A DNA stretch of 59,865 nucleotides from a virus (taxonomy: Duplodnaviria > Caudoviricetes). The stretch's first letter is position 1. Every line of letters begins with the position of its first letter. The notes under the pieces were generated by a model that had not been told where the DNA came from, made no database searches, and saw only the letters and a list, made by a program, of their open reading frames with translations. Location: positions 1 to 59,865 of the IMG/VR virus record IMGVR_UViG_3300034196_000123. One strand, written 5' to 3'. Both the position numbers and the translations under genes were made by a program. Positions 16,847 through 27,156 of this stretch are shown here, piece by piece.

Positions 16847-19765
16847 GTGGCTGCCAGCCCGCTGGCGCAGGCGATCGTCCGGGTCCGTGGTGACGGGTCG
16901 ATGCTGCGCGGCGACATCTCGAAGTCCGCCGGTGCAGCGGCCCGGCAGGCCGGGGCGGCGGCCGGTAAGGACTTCGGGCGGACGATGTCGGAGTCGGCGC
17001 AGAAGGCCCTGAACGCCCGCAAGGCCAGCGTCGACCTGGAGATCGTCAAGGCGAAGCAGAAGATCGAGGAACTGCGCGGCACCGCCCGGAAGATCGACGA
17101 CGACAAGCACAAGCTGGACCTGGACATCGCCACAGCCCGGGCGCGGATCGACGAGATGTACCGCCGCGGCGGTGGCGTCCTCACCATGAAGGCGCAGGCC
17201 GAGGTCAACCAGGCAGAGGCGAACCTGGCGCGCCTGGAACGGGCCAGGGAACGCCTGGAGGACGGCACCATCCTGCTGCGGTCGCAGGCCGAGACCGCGG
17301 CCACGCAGGCGCGCCTGGACGCCCTGGAGGCGAAGCGCCGGGACCTCGAGCGGCCGGTGACGATCCCGGTCGGTGCGAACACGGCGGGCGCGGACCGCAA
17401 CCTCGACGAGACGGACCGGAAGAAGCGGTCCGTCGGGCAGTCACAGACCTTCCGGATCGAAGCTGATCCAGGGCCGTCGATCGGGCGGCTCACCGCCCTG
17501 ATGTCCATCATCGCCGTGCTGATCCCCCTGGCGCTCGCCGCGGCCGGTGCGGTCGCGGGGATCGGTGCCGTTGGCCTCGTCGGGTTCGCGGCGACCGCGG
17601 CCGGCTTCAACGGCGTCGGCGACGCCGTGTCGGCCATGGGAAAGAAGGCCGCCGCCGGCGGGTCGCAGGTCAAGGTGTCGGCGTCCGCGGTGCGGGCCGC
17701 GGCTGCGTCCGTGAAGACGGCCCAGCAGGACTACGCCCACGCCCTCCAAGACGTCGCCGTCGCGGCCAGGGAGGCCGCCAGATCGCAGCTGGACGTCGCG
17801 GCCGCCCAAGCCGACGTGGCTCGGGCGGAGCGCGCCGTGTCGGCCGCGCTCAAGGATCAGGCCAGAGCTACCCGCGATGCCCAGGACGCCCAGGCCGACC
17901 TCAACGCCGCCTACCGCGAGGCCAGCCGGAACCTGCGTGACCTGCAGCTGCAGAGCGAAGACATGGCGCTCGCGCAGGAAGACGCGGCCCTGTCCGTGGC
18001 CGAAGCGCAAGAGCGGTACCAGATCGTCCTGAACGACCCCACGGCCACGGCGAACGAGATCAGAAGAGCTGATCTGTCCGTCCGCATCGCGGAGCAGCGC
18101 ACCAAGAGCGTCGCCGCCCAGGCCGACGACCTGGCCTCGAAGAAGGCCGACGCGGACGCCAAGGGCGTCCAGAACGCCGACGTCGTGGTCGCGGCTCAAC
18201 GGCGCGTCGAAGATTCACAGGCCGCCGTCGAACAAGCGACCCAGCGCGTCGCCGACGCGCAGGACGCCGTCGGACAAGCGATCTTGCGCGTGCAAGATGC
18301 CCAGGACCGCGCCTCCGATGCGGCGATGCGCCTGCAACGCCAGCAGGAGGCGGTGGCCAACAGCCTCGACCGGATCGCCGAGGCGAGGACCAGGCTCGAC
18401 GAGGCCAAGCACCCCGAGCAGTCCAGCAGCGGTGGAGGTGCCGCGGACCCCGTCGCCGAGGCGATGGGCAAGTTGGGGCCGAAGGGCCAAGAGTTCGCGG
18501 CGTTCCTGCGCGGCTTCATCGACGGCCCCCTGAAGGACTTGAGGCTCGCCGGGCAGGAGGCGTTCCTCCCCGAGATCCAGAAGGGGCTTGTCGGGATCAA
18601 GCCGGCGATGAAGGACGCCGAGGGGCCGTTCCGCGACTTCTCGAAGACCTTCGGGCAGGGCATCGCCGGCCTGATGACGGCGTTCGCTCCGCTCGCGAAG
18701 CCGTTCCTCGAGTTCGCGAACCAGGCGTTGAAGGGCCTGGCGCCGTTGCAGCCGGCCCTGAAGCAGTTCGCGGACTCGTTGGGGTGGGTGTTCCGGGAGC
18801 TGGCGAACTCGGGTGTCGCGAAGTCGCTGATGGAGGGCCTGTCGGCCATCATCGCGGCGCTGCTGCCCCTGTTCCCACCGTTGATCGACGCCGCCGTGAA
18901 GATCATGGCGGCGATGGGGCCTGCGCTCGCGCAGGTCGTGGACGCGCTGACGCAGTCGATCATCCTGCTGCTGCCCGAGCTGGTGCAGATGGCGCCGCTG
19001 TTCGCCGACTTCCTGATCAAGCTGATCCCTCTGATCCCGTCGATCTTCCAGCTGGTCGACGCGATCCTGAAGCTGATCATCCAGACGTACCCGATCACCA
19101 CGCTGTTCACCGAGCTGGCCATTCTGATCATCACGAAGGTGATCGGGGCGTTCACGTCGATCGCCGACTACATCCAGCGGACGATCATCCCGGTCTGGAA
19201 CTCGTTCAACTCGGCCGCCGACACCGTCCACAAGGCGATCGTGTCCGGCATCGAGAAGGTCGGGCAGTTCGTCGTCGACCTGCCGAAGAAGGCCGCTGGG
19301 CTGCTCAAGATGTTCGACCCCCTGGCCTCCGGCGCGAAGTCCGCGTTCAACGCGGTCTCGGACGCCTGGAACAGCTCCATCGGGTCGTTCTCGTTCAGCC
19401 TGCCCGGGTGGCTGCCCGGGATCGGCGGATCCAACTTCTCCCTGCCGCGGATGCCGCGTCTGGCCGCCGGTGGCATCGCGACGTCCCCGACGGTCGCGAT
19501 GATCGCCGAGGCGGGGGAGGCCGAGGCGGTGGCGCCGCTCAGCAAGCTGCGCAGCATGCTCGACGCCAGCGTGCGGTTCGCGATGCGCAGCGAAGCCCCG
19601 GCCACCGGCGCGCCGGCCGCCGACACCGGCCGCACGGCCGCGGCGATGGACGAGCAGACCAGCCTGCTGCGCCGCCTCGTCGAGCTCCTGGAGCGGAGCA
19701 CCGACGTCCGGCTCGACGGTCGCGTCGTCGGCGCGATCGATGGCCTCTACGGACGGGGGTACTGA
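16847..19765 (+). CDS. Tape measure protein
   Basis: 972 aa, Ala-rich coiled coil, Pro/Leu repeats, PRLAAGGI...AMIAEAGEAEAVAPL C-terminal motif. Confidence 0.92.
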   Translation: MAASPLAQAIVRVRGDGSMLRGDISKSAGAAARQAGAAAGKDFGRTMSESAQKALNARKASVDLEIVKAKQKIEELRGTARKIDDDKHKLDLDIATARARIDEMYRRGGGVLTMKAQAEVNQAEANLARLERARERLEDGTILLRSQAETAATQARLDALEAKRRDLERPVTIPVGANTAGADRNLDETDRKKRSVGQSQTFRIEADPGPSIGRLTALMSIIAVLIPLALAAAGAVAGIGAVGLVGFAATAAGFNGVGDAVSAMGKKAAAGGSQVKVSASAVRAAAASVKTAQQDYAHALQDVAVAAREAARSQLDVAAAQADVARAERAVSAALKDQARATRDAQDAQADLNAAYREASRNLRDLQLQSEDMALAQEDAALSVAEAQERYQIVLNDPTATANEIRRADLSVRIAEQRTKSVAAQADDLASKKADADAKGVQNADVVVAAQRRVEDSQAAVEQATQRVADAQDAVGQAILRVQDAQDRASDAAMRLQRQQEAVANSLDRIAEARTRLDEAKHPEQSSSGGGAADPVAEAMGKLGPKGQEFAAFLRGFIDGPLKDLRLAGQEAFLPEIQKGLVGIKPAMKDAEGPFRDFSKTFGQGIAGLMTAFAPLAKPFLEFANQALKGLAPLQPALKQFADSLGWVFRELANSGVAKSLMEGLSAIIAALLPLFPPLIDAAVKIMAAMGPALAQVVDALTQSIILLLPELVQMAPLFADFLIKLIPLIPSIFQLVDAILKLIIQTYPITTLFTELAILIITKVIGAFTSIADYIQRTIIPVWNSFNSAADTVHKAIVSGIEKVGQFVVDLPKKAAGLLKMFDPLASGAKSAFNAVSDAWNSSIGSFSFSLPGWLPGIGGSNFSLPRMPRLAAGGIATSPTVAMIAEAGEAEAVAPLSKLRSMLDASVRFAMRSEAPATGAPAADTGRTAAAMDEQTSLLRRLVELLERSTDVRLDGRVVGAIDGLYGRGY

Positions 19766-19768
19766 CCG

Positions 19769-21208
19769 GTGCCAGCTGTGGTGCAGATCGTGGACGGCGT
19801 CGGCGGGGCGGTGCTGTTGGACCTCAACTCGGGCAGCGTGCTGCTCGGGCAGCGGTCCAACGTCAAGCTCGGCGACGTCGACCTCGGGAAGATCGACCGG
19901 CCGGTGCAGTGGACGTCGCAGACGTCGACCGCCGCGCCGGACGACCTGGTGTCCCGGCAGATCACCGCACCGATCGTCGCGGTGTGCGCCAGTCCGGACG
20001 CCGCCGCGGCGTTCGTCGCCAGCCTGCACCGCCTCGTGCAGTCCCCGTTCGTCCTGAAGATCCAGCGGCATGGGGGGACCGTCCCGGTGTGGCTGCGCTG
20101 CTGGCCCTCCGCCCCCAGGTTCGACACCCAGGTCGCCGGCGCCGGCGTGCCCACGAACGTCGTCATCGGGACCCTGCAGGCCGACACGGAGCCCTACGCC
20201 ATCGGTGCGCGCGTCGACGTCGCCGCCGCCACCGTCACCCAGGACCCCACCTCCGCGGGAGCCTTCACCCTCGACGTCAACGGCGTCACCGGCGACAGCC
20301 TCACGCCCGCGGTGCTGCGGTTCTCCACGGACGTCGTGTCGAACGTGGTGGACCAGATGATGGTCGCGGTGCGGCGCCGCGGGACGCCGTCGGCGATCGC
20401 CACGACCAGCCTCGTCGTGCAGGCGGAGAGCGGATCGAGCGCCGTCATCGCCGGCGGCACACCGGCTCCCACGCTGTCGACGTTCACCGGGGACGCCACG
20501 TTCTCGGGGGCGTCCGGTGGGGGAGGGGTGCGGGCCACGTTCCCGTCGGGGGCGCTGAACGGGAGCCCCGGGTTCGCGGTCACGGTGACGCCGTCGTTGT
20601 CGGGGGTCGAGGCGCCGGGCCAGTACCACGTCCTCGCGCGGGTCCGCCGTTCCGGGGGCGCTGCCGGGCAGCCGCTGCTGCTGTGGACCAGCGTCGGCCC
20701 GGCGGTGCTGAGGGAGTCGTACGTGTCCGGTGGGGCGGACACCCGGGTCGTGGACCTCGGGATCGTGCAGGTCCCGATCGGGCAGCCACCGTTCATGGCC
20801 GCGCCCGAAGGCCCCCGGACCGCGATCAGTGCAGCGATCAAGCTGCAGGTGTACAAGCAGTGGGCCGGCGCTGGGGTCGTGGACGTCGACTGGATCGGGT
20901 TGGTCCCCGCGGACCAGGACTGCGGGATGCTCACCGTCGACTCCCCGGCCCCCGGGACGGGCCTGACGGTCGTCGTGGACGGCTACGACGCGGGCACGCG
21001 CATCTACTCGGCCGACCCGTACGGCGGTGGCAGCCCGGTCGCGCAGGGCGCCACCGCGGTGTCGTGGATCGGCGGGCCGCCCCGGCTGCGGCCGGGCAAC
21101 AACCGGCTGTGGCTGATCACCGGGCTCGGCGCCGGTGTGGTCCGCGCGCCGTCCGTGTCGTTCCCGACCGCGGTGTCGTACTGGCCGCGCTACAGGTGGC
21201 TCGGGTGA
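19769..21208 (+). CDS. Minor tail protein (distal-tail-like)
   Basis: Follows tape measure; C-terminal LRPGNNRL...YWPRY. Confidence 0.75.
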   Translation: MPAVVQIVDGVGGAVLLDLNSGSVLLGQRSNVKLGDVDLGKIDRPVQWTSQTSTAAPDDLVSRQITAPIVAVCASPDAAAAFVASLHRLVQSPFVLKIQRHGGTVPVWLRCWPSAPRFDTQVAGAGVPTNVVIGTLQADTEPYAIGARVDVAAATVTQDPTSAGAFTLDVNGVTGDSLTPAVLRFSTDVVSNVVDQMMVAVRRRGTPSAIATTSLVVQAESGSSAVIAGGTPAPTLSTFTGDATFSGASGGGGVRATFPSGALNGSPGFAVTVTPSLSGVEAPGQYHVLARVRRSGGAAGQPLLLWTSVGPAVLRESYVSGGADTRVVDLGIVQVPIGQPPFMAAPEGPRTAISAAIKLQVYKQWAGAGVVDVDWIGLVPADQDCGMLTVDSPAPGTGLTVVVDGYDAGTRIYSADPYGGGSPVAQGATAVSWIGGPPRLRPGNNRLWLITGLGAGVVRAPSVSFPTAVSYWPRYRWLG

Positions 21209-22926
21209 CCGCCGTCGCGCCCGGCGGGGCCGGGGCGAACCTGCTGGTCCGGGTGTCGTCAGCGTCCGGGCCGGACGTCGTCACCGTGCCCGCACCGAAC
21301 GATCTGCGGTTCTCCGGGGTGTGGTCCCCTGGCGGTGGGTGGAAGGCGTGCAGTTGCACACTGCAGCTGCCCTGGGGCATCACCCCGGCCGCGCTCGCCC
21401 CCTGGTCGCACGTCGCGGTCATCGACCGCCGATCCGGGCGGACCGTCTGGTACGGCCGGCTGACCGACCCCGGGTTGACGCCGTCCACCTCGGGCACCGG
21501 GTACGCGCTCGCGGCCGAGGGCGGGCAGACCCACGCGGACGGGTGGAAGACGTCGTACATCCTGGTCGACCGTGACCCCGACCATTGGGGTGCGGTGGGC
21601 GACTACCCGGGGTCGCAGCAGTCGAACGAGCAAGGCGCGTTCTCGGTGCACCCCTCCGACTACATGGGGGTCGCGTCAGGGTGGGCGCTGACCGAGTCGA
21701 TCGCCGCGGGCACCGGCGCGAACGGGGGGATCACCAGCTCCTGGCAGTACATCGACGGCAACTTCGAACGGATCATCGGCAGCGCGCTGGTGAACATCAC
21801 CGAACCGTCGATGACCTTCGAGGTGCTGCTGGCCACAGCAACCAGCGGCGGATACCAGGAGATGGTCACCCAGCAGTTCGTCTCCGGCAGCCAATGGAAC
21901 TTCGACGTCTACCGCGGAGTCGGCCTGTGGCCCTCCGGGGACCCGGTCGCAGCCGGCGGGTACCTGCGCATCGGGCACACCTCGGGGACGCTGACGTTCA
22001 CCTCCGCCGTGAAGTCGTACATCGGCAACGTGGTGGTCATCCACCCCCGGTACCGGTGGGACGGCAGCGACGCCGGCGCGTGGGCCAGCCCGGCATTGAC
22101 CACCGCGGGGCTCGTCGAGGACCTGGTGGGCCGCGGGTTCTCCGGGTACGTCGAGTACGACCCCGGCCGGCTCGCCGCCACCGCGACGGACCTGGTGCCG
22201 TCCGCGTCGTGGCTTGAGGGTGTGTCCGCGAGGGAGGTCCTGGACTATGCGACGCAGTGGTCCCCGCACCTGTGGTGGGAGGTCGGTGCACCTGGTCCGA
22301 CGCGGCGGCCGGTGCTGGCGCTGGGGTCGTGGAACGACCCGCCCCGGTACGTGATCGCACCGGGTCAGGGGAAGGTGGAGCTGTCCGGCGGCGCCGGGTC
22401 GATCGCGAACGAGTGCATCGTCTACTACCAGTCCGGGACGTTCGGGAAGTCGGTGATCAAGAGAACCACCCGGGTGGGCGTGAACGTCCAGTTCCTGTCC
22501 GACGCCGGGATCACCCGCAGCATGCAGATCGACATCACCGGTGACGGGATCATGTCGGGCGATGACGCGAACGCCCGCGGGTTCGCGGCGCTCGCGCAGT
22601 CCGCGTTGGGCCGCACCACCGGCAAGGTCACGATCACGGGCCCGATTTTCGACCGGACCGTCGGTCGGATGGTCGAGCCGTGGGAGCTGCGCGGCGGCTG
22701 CACCGCGGTGATCCCTGACGCGCGGACGTCGTACTCGCGCAGCACATCGCTCGCGACCGCGACGGCCGACGACTCCGCGGCGGTGTTCCGCGTGACGGGC
22801 ACCGACTACGACGCCAGCACGAACTCGTGCGCGCTCACCTTGGACGGTGGTGCCCTGAGCCTCATCGGCCGGGTCCGCGACGAGACCACACCGCGCCGCT
22901 ACGAGGTCGGCAACGTGCGCCGCTGA
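21205..22926 (+). CDS. Minor tail protein (baseplate hub-like)
   Basis: GTGA overlap; PGGGWKACSC, VWYGRL, ANECIVYY motifs. Confidence 0.75.
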   Translation: MTAVAPGGAGANLLVRVSSASGPDVVTVPAPNDLRFSGVWSPGGGWKACSCTLQLPWGITPAALAPWSHVAVIDRRSGRTVWYGRLTDPGLTPSTSGTGYALAAEGGQTHADGWKTSYILVDRDPDHWGAVGDYPGSQQSNEQGAFSVHPSDYMGVASGWALTESIAAGTGANGGITSSWQYIDGNFERIIGSALVNITEPSMTFEVLLATATSGGYQEMVTQQFVSGSQWNFDVYRGVGLWPSGDPVAAGGYLRIGHTSGTLTFTSAVKSYIGNVVVIHPRYRWDGSDAGAWASPALTTAGLVEDLVGRGFSGYVEYDPGRLAATATDLVPSASWLEGVSAREVLDYATQWSPHLWWEVGAPGPTRRPVLALGSWNDPPRYVIAPGQGKVELSGGAGSIANECIVYYQSGTFGKSVIKRTTRVGVNVQFLSDAGITRSMQIDITGDGIMSGDDANARGFAALAQSALGRTTGKVTITGPIFDRTVGRMVEPWELRGGCTAVIPDARTSYSRSTSLATATADDSAAVFRVTGTDYDASTNSCALTLDGGALSLIGRVRDETTPRRYEVGNVRR

Positions 22927-22995
22927 CCGGACGGCAGACGGGTACTCTGCGCGTGGGGTCGGGGCTTCTACTGGCGCAATGCTGGGAGGCCCCTG

Positions 22996-23880
22996 GTGGC
23001 GTATTCGCTGCTGCCCCGCTCCGCGTGGACGCTGACCCCCCGGCCGGGCCACCTCGCCCTGCTGGACGCCCGTGAGGTCGAGGGGTTCGCCGTCCACTAC
23101 ACCGGCTCCAAGGGCCGGTTCGGTGACGTGCCCACCCTCCACGACTCGGCGTCCCGGCTGGACGCGGAGCGGATCGACCACGTGTCGTCGCGCGGCTGGT
23201 CGGACATCGCCTACCTGGCCGCAGTGGACCAGGCGGGCCGGATCTTCGACGCCCGGGGCGCCAGGTACCGGTCCGCGGCGAACGGCGACCAGCCGGTCAA
23301 CCGGCGCTTCGGGGCCCTCACCGTGCTCATCGGCACCGCCGACACCCCGACCTCTGCGGCGATCGAGGCGGTCCGCTGGTGGCGCCACAACGTGTGGCTG
23401 CCGCTGTTCCCGCACGCGGTGAAGGTCGTCGGGCACCGCGACCTGCACTCCACCGACTGCCCCGGCGACCGCACCTACGCCCTCGTGAAGTCGGGGGCGT
23501 TCCTGAAGCCGCCGCCCGCCCCCGGGACGGCACCGACCTCACCGATCCGCATCCCGGAGGCACCGATGACCGCACCCACCGTGCACGACACGTCCGAGGC
23601 CGTCTGGGGTCCGACGTCCGCCTACGTGGTCCGGGAACGGCGCGCCCTGCCCGCCGGGACGAAGCCGGAGCTGACCCTGGTCGACGGGTCCCCGGCCATC
23701 TCACCGATCAGCGCGCTCGCCCGCACCATGTACGCCGTCGAGGACCTCGTCGCCCAGAAGGGCGGTCCCGCGATCGACTACGACCGCCTGGCGGACGCAG
23801 TCGTCGCGCGCCTCCCGCAGGGCCTGGCCGGTGCGCTCGCCGACGAGCTGGTCCGCCGGCTGTCCGGGCACGCGGGCTGA
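22996..23880 (+). CDS. lysA: Endolysin, N-acetylmuramoyl-L-alanine amidase (Amidase_2)
   Basis: VHYTG, RGWSDIAY, GHRD..STDCPG zinc-amidase motifs. Confidence 0.9.
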   Translation: MAYSLLPRSAWTLTPRPGHLALLDAREVEGFAVHYTGSKGRFGDVPTLHDSASRLDAERIDHVSSRGWSDIAYLAAVDQAGRIFDARGARYRSAANGDQPVNRRFGALTVLIGTADTPTSAAIEAVRWWRHNVWLPLFPHAVKVVGHRDLHSTDCPGDRTYALVKSGAFLKPPPAPGTAPTSPIRIPEAPMTAPTVHDTSEAVWGPTSAYVVRERRALPAGTKPELTLVDGSPAISPISALARTMYAVEDLVAQKGGPAIDYDRLADAVVARLPQGLAGALADELVRRLSGHAG

Positions 23881-24353
23881 TGGGCTCGCAGGAGCGGCCG
23901 CCGGCACCGGTCCCGCCGGTCAGCCCGCCGCACGGGATGGTGCTGGTGCCCACGCTGGTGCTGGCCGCCGCGTCGTCGGCGTTGCGGTTCATCCTGCTCG
24001 TTCACGGGGCCCTCGCCGTCGCGATCGGTGTGCTGCTCGTCGTCCTCGCGCCGTCCGGGCCGTCGTACAGCGTGCTGCGGATGATCCCCGGGTGGCCGTG
24101 GTCCTGGGGCCTGATCCTGGCGTTCGGTGGCGCCCTGACCGTCGTCGGGCGCCTCACCGGCCACCTGCCCGTCGCGCGCCTCGGGATCCACGTGCAGGCC
24201 GTCTGGTACGTCGTCCAGGCCGTCGGGCTGTTCGCCGCCATCCACGCCGGCGCCGCCTCATACGCCGGCGTGCTCTACCTGGCGCTCGCCGCCGTCGTGT
24301 TCGCGCACCTGCGGTGGCTCACCGAGCACGGCGACTGGCGCCCAGCGCGGTGA
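23880..24353 (+). CDS. Membrane protein (about 4 TM), lysis cassette
   Basis: TGATG overlap with lysin; four hydrophobic segments. Confidence 0.7.
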   Translation: MGSQERPPAPVPPVSPPHGMVLVPTLVLAAASSALRFILLVHGALAVAIGVLLVVLAPSGPSYSVLRMIPGWPWSWGLILAFGGALTVVGRLTGHLPVARLGIHVQAVWYVVQAVGLFAAIHAGAASYAGVLYLALAAVVFAHLRWLTEHGDWRPAR

Positions 24354-24357
24354 CCGG

Positions 24358-24729
24358 GTGAACGACGTCGTCACCCTGCTCGGCGGGGCCGCCGGCGCGA
24401 CGCTGCTGAACTCGGTGGTGCAGATCATCCTGCGGCGCATGACGCGCAGGGAGACCGAGGCCAACGCGGGGAAGGCCGAGGCGGAGACGCAGGCCGCCCT
24501 GATGGACACCTGGATGCGGACCGTCCTCGCGCCGACGGAGCGCCGCGCGGAGCACGCCGAGCAGGCCGCGGCCGCGGCCGCGGCGACGGCCGAGCGGGTG
24601 TCCCTGCGCCTCGATGCCGTCGAGCGCGTGATTCGTGCCCACGAGCCGTGGGACCGCCAGGCCGCTGCCGCGCTGCGCGCGCACGGCGTGGACATCGACG
24701 ACCCGCCACCCCTGCGGGCCGACTTCTAG
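24358..24729 (+). CDS. Single-TM coiled-coil protein, lysis cassette
   Basis: N-terminal hydrophobic helix, coiled coil, W..A...LR.HG.DI.DPPPL tail common after actinophage lysins. Confidence 0.7.
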   Translation: MNDVVTLLGGAAGATLLNSVVQIILRRMTRRETEANAGKAEAETQAALMDTWMRTVLAPTERRAEHAEQAAAAAAATAERVSLRLDAVERVIRAHEPWDRQAAAALRAHGVDIDDPPPLRADF

Positions 24730-24738
24730 GGAGAGATC

Positions 24739-25188
24739 ATGACCCGGTATCCGCTGACCCGCCTGCCCTGGTGGCAGGACCTCGGCACCCGCCTGTGGCG
24801 GCAGCTGTACCAGACCGCCGTCCCGAACCTGCAGCTCGCCCTCGCGTCCGGGCACATCGACCTCGCCGCCGTGGCCATCACCCTGGCCAGCGTCGAGGGC
24901 CTGACCGCCGTCAAGTTCGTGATCGCTGAGCTGAACGGCTGGAAGCCCACCACGGACACCACGTGGGGCTGGCACCTCGTCGACCGCGTGGCCCCGGCCG
25001 TCGGTGGTGTGCTGCTCGGCGCCGGGTTCGCCACCTGGGCGGACGTCCTGCACGCCGACTGGCAGCAGGTCGGCTCCGCGGTGCTCGTCGCCGCGCTGAT
25101 CGCCGCGATCGACCAGCAGGCCAACCCGGCCACGGTGTCCAGCCCCGAGCCGGAGGCCGTCGAGGACGGCGCCTGGGGTGACGTGTGA
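24739..25188 (+). CDS. Holin (r1t-like, apparently two tandem units)
   Basis: GGGAGAG RBS; WWQDLGTRLWRQ and WHLVDRVAPA...DWQQVGSAVLVAAL resemble r1t-type holin units. Confidence 0.6.
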   Translation: MTRYPLTRLPWWQDLGTRLWRQLYQTAVPNLQLALASGHIDLAAVAITLASVEGLTAVKFVIAELNGWKPTTDTTWGWHLVDRVAPAVGGVLLGAGFATWADVLHADWQQVGSAVLVAALIAAIDQQANPATVSSPEPEAVEDGAWGDV

Positions 25189-25760
25189 TCGGCCGCCGCG
25201 TCGCCGCCGTCGCCGCCACCGTCCTCGCCGTCGCGGGCCTTGGCGTCGTCGCCGCTGACTCCGCGGACGCACACCGCTGGCCCCCGCACCGCCGCCCCGT
25301 GCACACCGCCACCGCGGCGCCCACGGGCACGACGCCGGCGACGTCGACCAGCGTCCCGACCTCGAGTTCGCCGTCGCTGTCGCCGACGACGTCCAGCACC
25401 AGGGCCACGGCCCCGGCCGGGCCGGTGGTCGCGCCGTCGATCGCACGGATCGAGATCTGCGACGGCGCGGTCGGCGTCGCTTACGGTGCCCTCACTCTCC
25501 CGGCGGGCGGCACCGTGTGGGAGGCGTGGCGCAGCGACGGCCGCGAGGTGTTGTGGGCGCACGAGGTGTCCGCCCGGTCCGGGTCGGGCGGGACGTGGGT
25601 GGCTGTCGAGGACGCCGCGGACGGCGGGTCCCGCACGGGCCTGCTGCGGTGGGCCGGCTACCAGCAGACGCTCGACGACGGCGCGCACTGGGACCTGATC
25701 CGGGTGGAGGCCGGCGGGTACGTCTCGACGTCGCGGCCCATCGAGGGGACGTGCCCGTGA
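25185..25760 (+). CDS. Secreted protein with Thr/Ser/Pro linker
   Basis: Signal peptide (RRVAAVAATVLAVAGLGVVAA..ADA), low-complexity linker, small beta domain. Confidence 0.7.
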   Translation: MIGRRVAAVAATVLAVAGLGVVAADSADAHRWPPHRRPVHTATAAPTGTTPATSTSVPTSSSPSLSPTTSSTRATAPAGPVVAPSIARIEICDGAVGVAYGALTLPAGGTVWEAWRSDGREVLWAHEVSARSGSGGTWVAVEDAADGGSRTGLLRWAGYQQTLDDGAHWDLIRVEAGGYVSTSRPIEGTCP

Positions 25761-27025
25761 CCGGGGTCCTGGAGCTGGACGGCGCCACGTACGACGTCGT
25801 CCCGCAGACGAAGCCGGCGCCGGAGCCGGGGCCGACCCCGACGATCCCGGCGGGTGCCCGGTCGGTGACGGTCGGGGGAGTGGTGCTGCCCCTGGACGCC
25901 ATCGACCCGACCGCGGCGAGCAACCCGTTGGGTGCCTCATACGCGGGGTTCCGCGGCCCGGGCCAGCTGGTCGCCTACACGCAGGGCCAGGCGACGGCCA
26001 CCAACTTCTGGGGCATCGAGGTCCGTGTCGGCCCGGCGAACATCGTGCTGGCCGTGAACGACCGGGTGACCAGCAAGTCGCCGGCGGGCACGCCGATCCC
26101 GACCGCTGGGGCGGTGCTGTCCGGGCACGGCCCGGTGGGGGAGCAGTTGCGGCTCGCGGCCGCGGTCGGTGCTCATGTGACGTGGTCGACGACTCCGGCA
26201 CCGTCCACCCCGAGCACGCCGACCACCCCGACGTCGCCGGCGCCGTCCGGGTTCACGGTCGCCGAGTACCTGATGGACGGACAGGGTGGCGTCGCGGCGC
26301 TGTCGTCGTCCGCGACGCAGTGCCGGGTCGCGTTCGTCCGGCTGCAGGGCGGCGCGCTGGTCGCCGTGGAGTGGGGCGGGGAGACCCCGCAGGAGACGCA
26401 GACCCGGCTCGCCACCTGGGTGACCGCACCGAGCACCGCCCGCCGGGTCCTGTTGTCGTTCGGTGGCGCTGGGGGTGGGACGACGTTCGGGGACGTCGCG
26501 GCGTTCGCCCGCGGGTACGCAGCGCTCGCCCCGAAGTACTCCGCGACGGGCCTGGACGTGGACCTGGAGGGCGGGTCCCTGGACATCGCGTCCTGTGTGG
26601 CCGCGTGCCGGGCGTGCGCGGCCCTGCAGCCGGGGTTCCTGGCCAGCTTCGTGCCGTCCGGTGGGCCGCCGGTCGCCCGGTACCTGGAGGCCGCCCGGCA
26701 GGTCCAGGCCGCCGGGATCCCGGTCCAGTTCGGGCAGCAGCTCTACGACGCCGTTGTGACGAGGAAGCAGGCGATCGAGCAGACGCGCCTCGCGGTCGGG
26801 GTGCTCGGCCAGGAGTCCGTCCTCGTCGGCATCATGATCGGCTCCGATGAGCAGCACTGGGACGTCACCGAGGCCGCCGACATCGTCAGCGCCGTCCTGC
26901 AGGAGTACCCCGCGCTCGGCGGCGTCTACTTCTGGGAGGCCAACCGGGCGGGCTCCGACGAGGCCGCGGCGCTGATCGTGGCCCGGGCCGCCGCGGTGCG
27001 GCGCGCGGCGGGCCTGACACCCTGA
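25757..27025 (+). CDS. Glycoside hydrolase family 18-like (chitinase-like) protein
   Basis: VLLSFGG and GLDVDLEG (DxDxE) motifs, QQLY, GGVYFW; N-terminal domain ending AVLSGHG plus PT linker. Confidence 0.75.
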   Translation: MTGVLELDGATYDVVPQTKPAPEPGPTPTIPAGARSVTVGGVVLPLDAIDPTAASNPLGASYAGFRGPGQLVAYTQGQATATNFWGIEVRVGPANIVLAVNDRVTSKSPAGTPIPTAGAVLSGHGPVGEQLRLAAAVGAHVTWSTTPAPSTPSTPTTPTSPAPSGFTVAEYLMDGQGGVAALSSSATQCRVAFVRLQGGALVAVEWGGETPQETQTRLATWVTAPSTARRVLLSFGGAGGGTTFGDVAAFARGYAALAPKYSATGLDVDLEGGSLDIASCVAACRACAALQPGFLASFVPSGGPPVARYLEAARQVQAAGIPVQFGQQLYDAVVTRKQAIEQTRLAVGVLGQESVLVGIMIGSDEQHWDVTEAADIVSAVLQEYPALGGVYFWEANRAGSDEAAALIVARAAAVRRAAGLTP

Positions 27026-27112
27026 GGCATGCCCATGGTCGCTCGCCCGGCTATGCGACTACGCTGGTCGGGTGAGCGACCTGGGCAGGTGCTCACCGTC
27101 GGGGGCAAGGTG

Positions 27113-27144
27113 GGAAGGGCGTCCCGGGGGCGGGGCGCCCTTCC
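27113..27144. terminator. Hairpin between convergent genes
   Basis: GGAAGGGCGTCCCG/CGGGGCGCCCTTCC. Confidence 0.65.
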
Positions 27145-27156
27145 TGCTGCCCGGGC

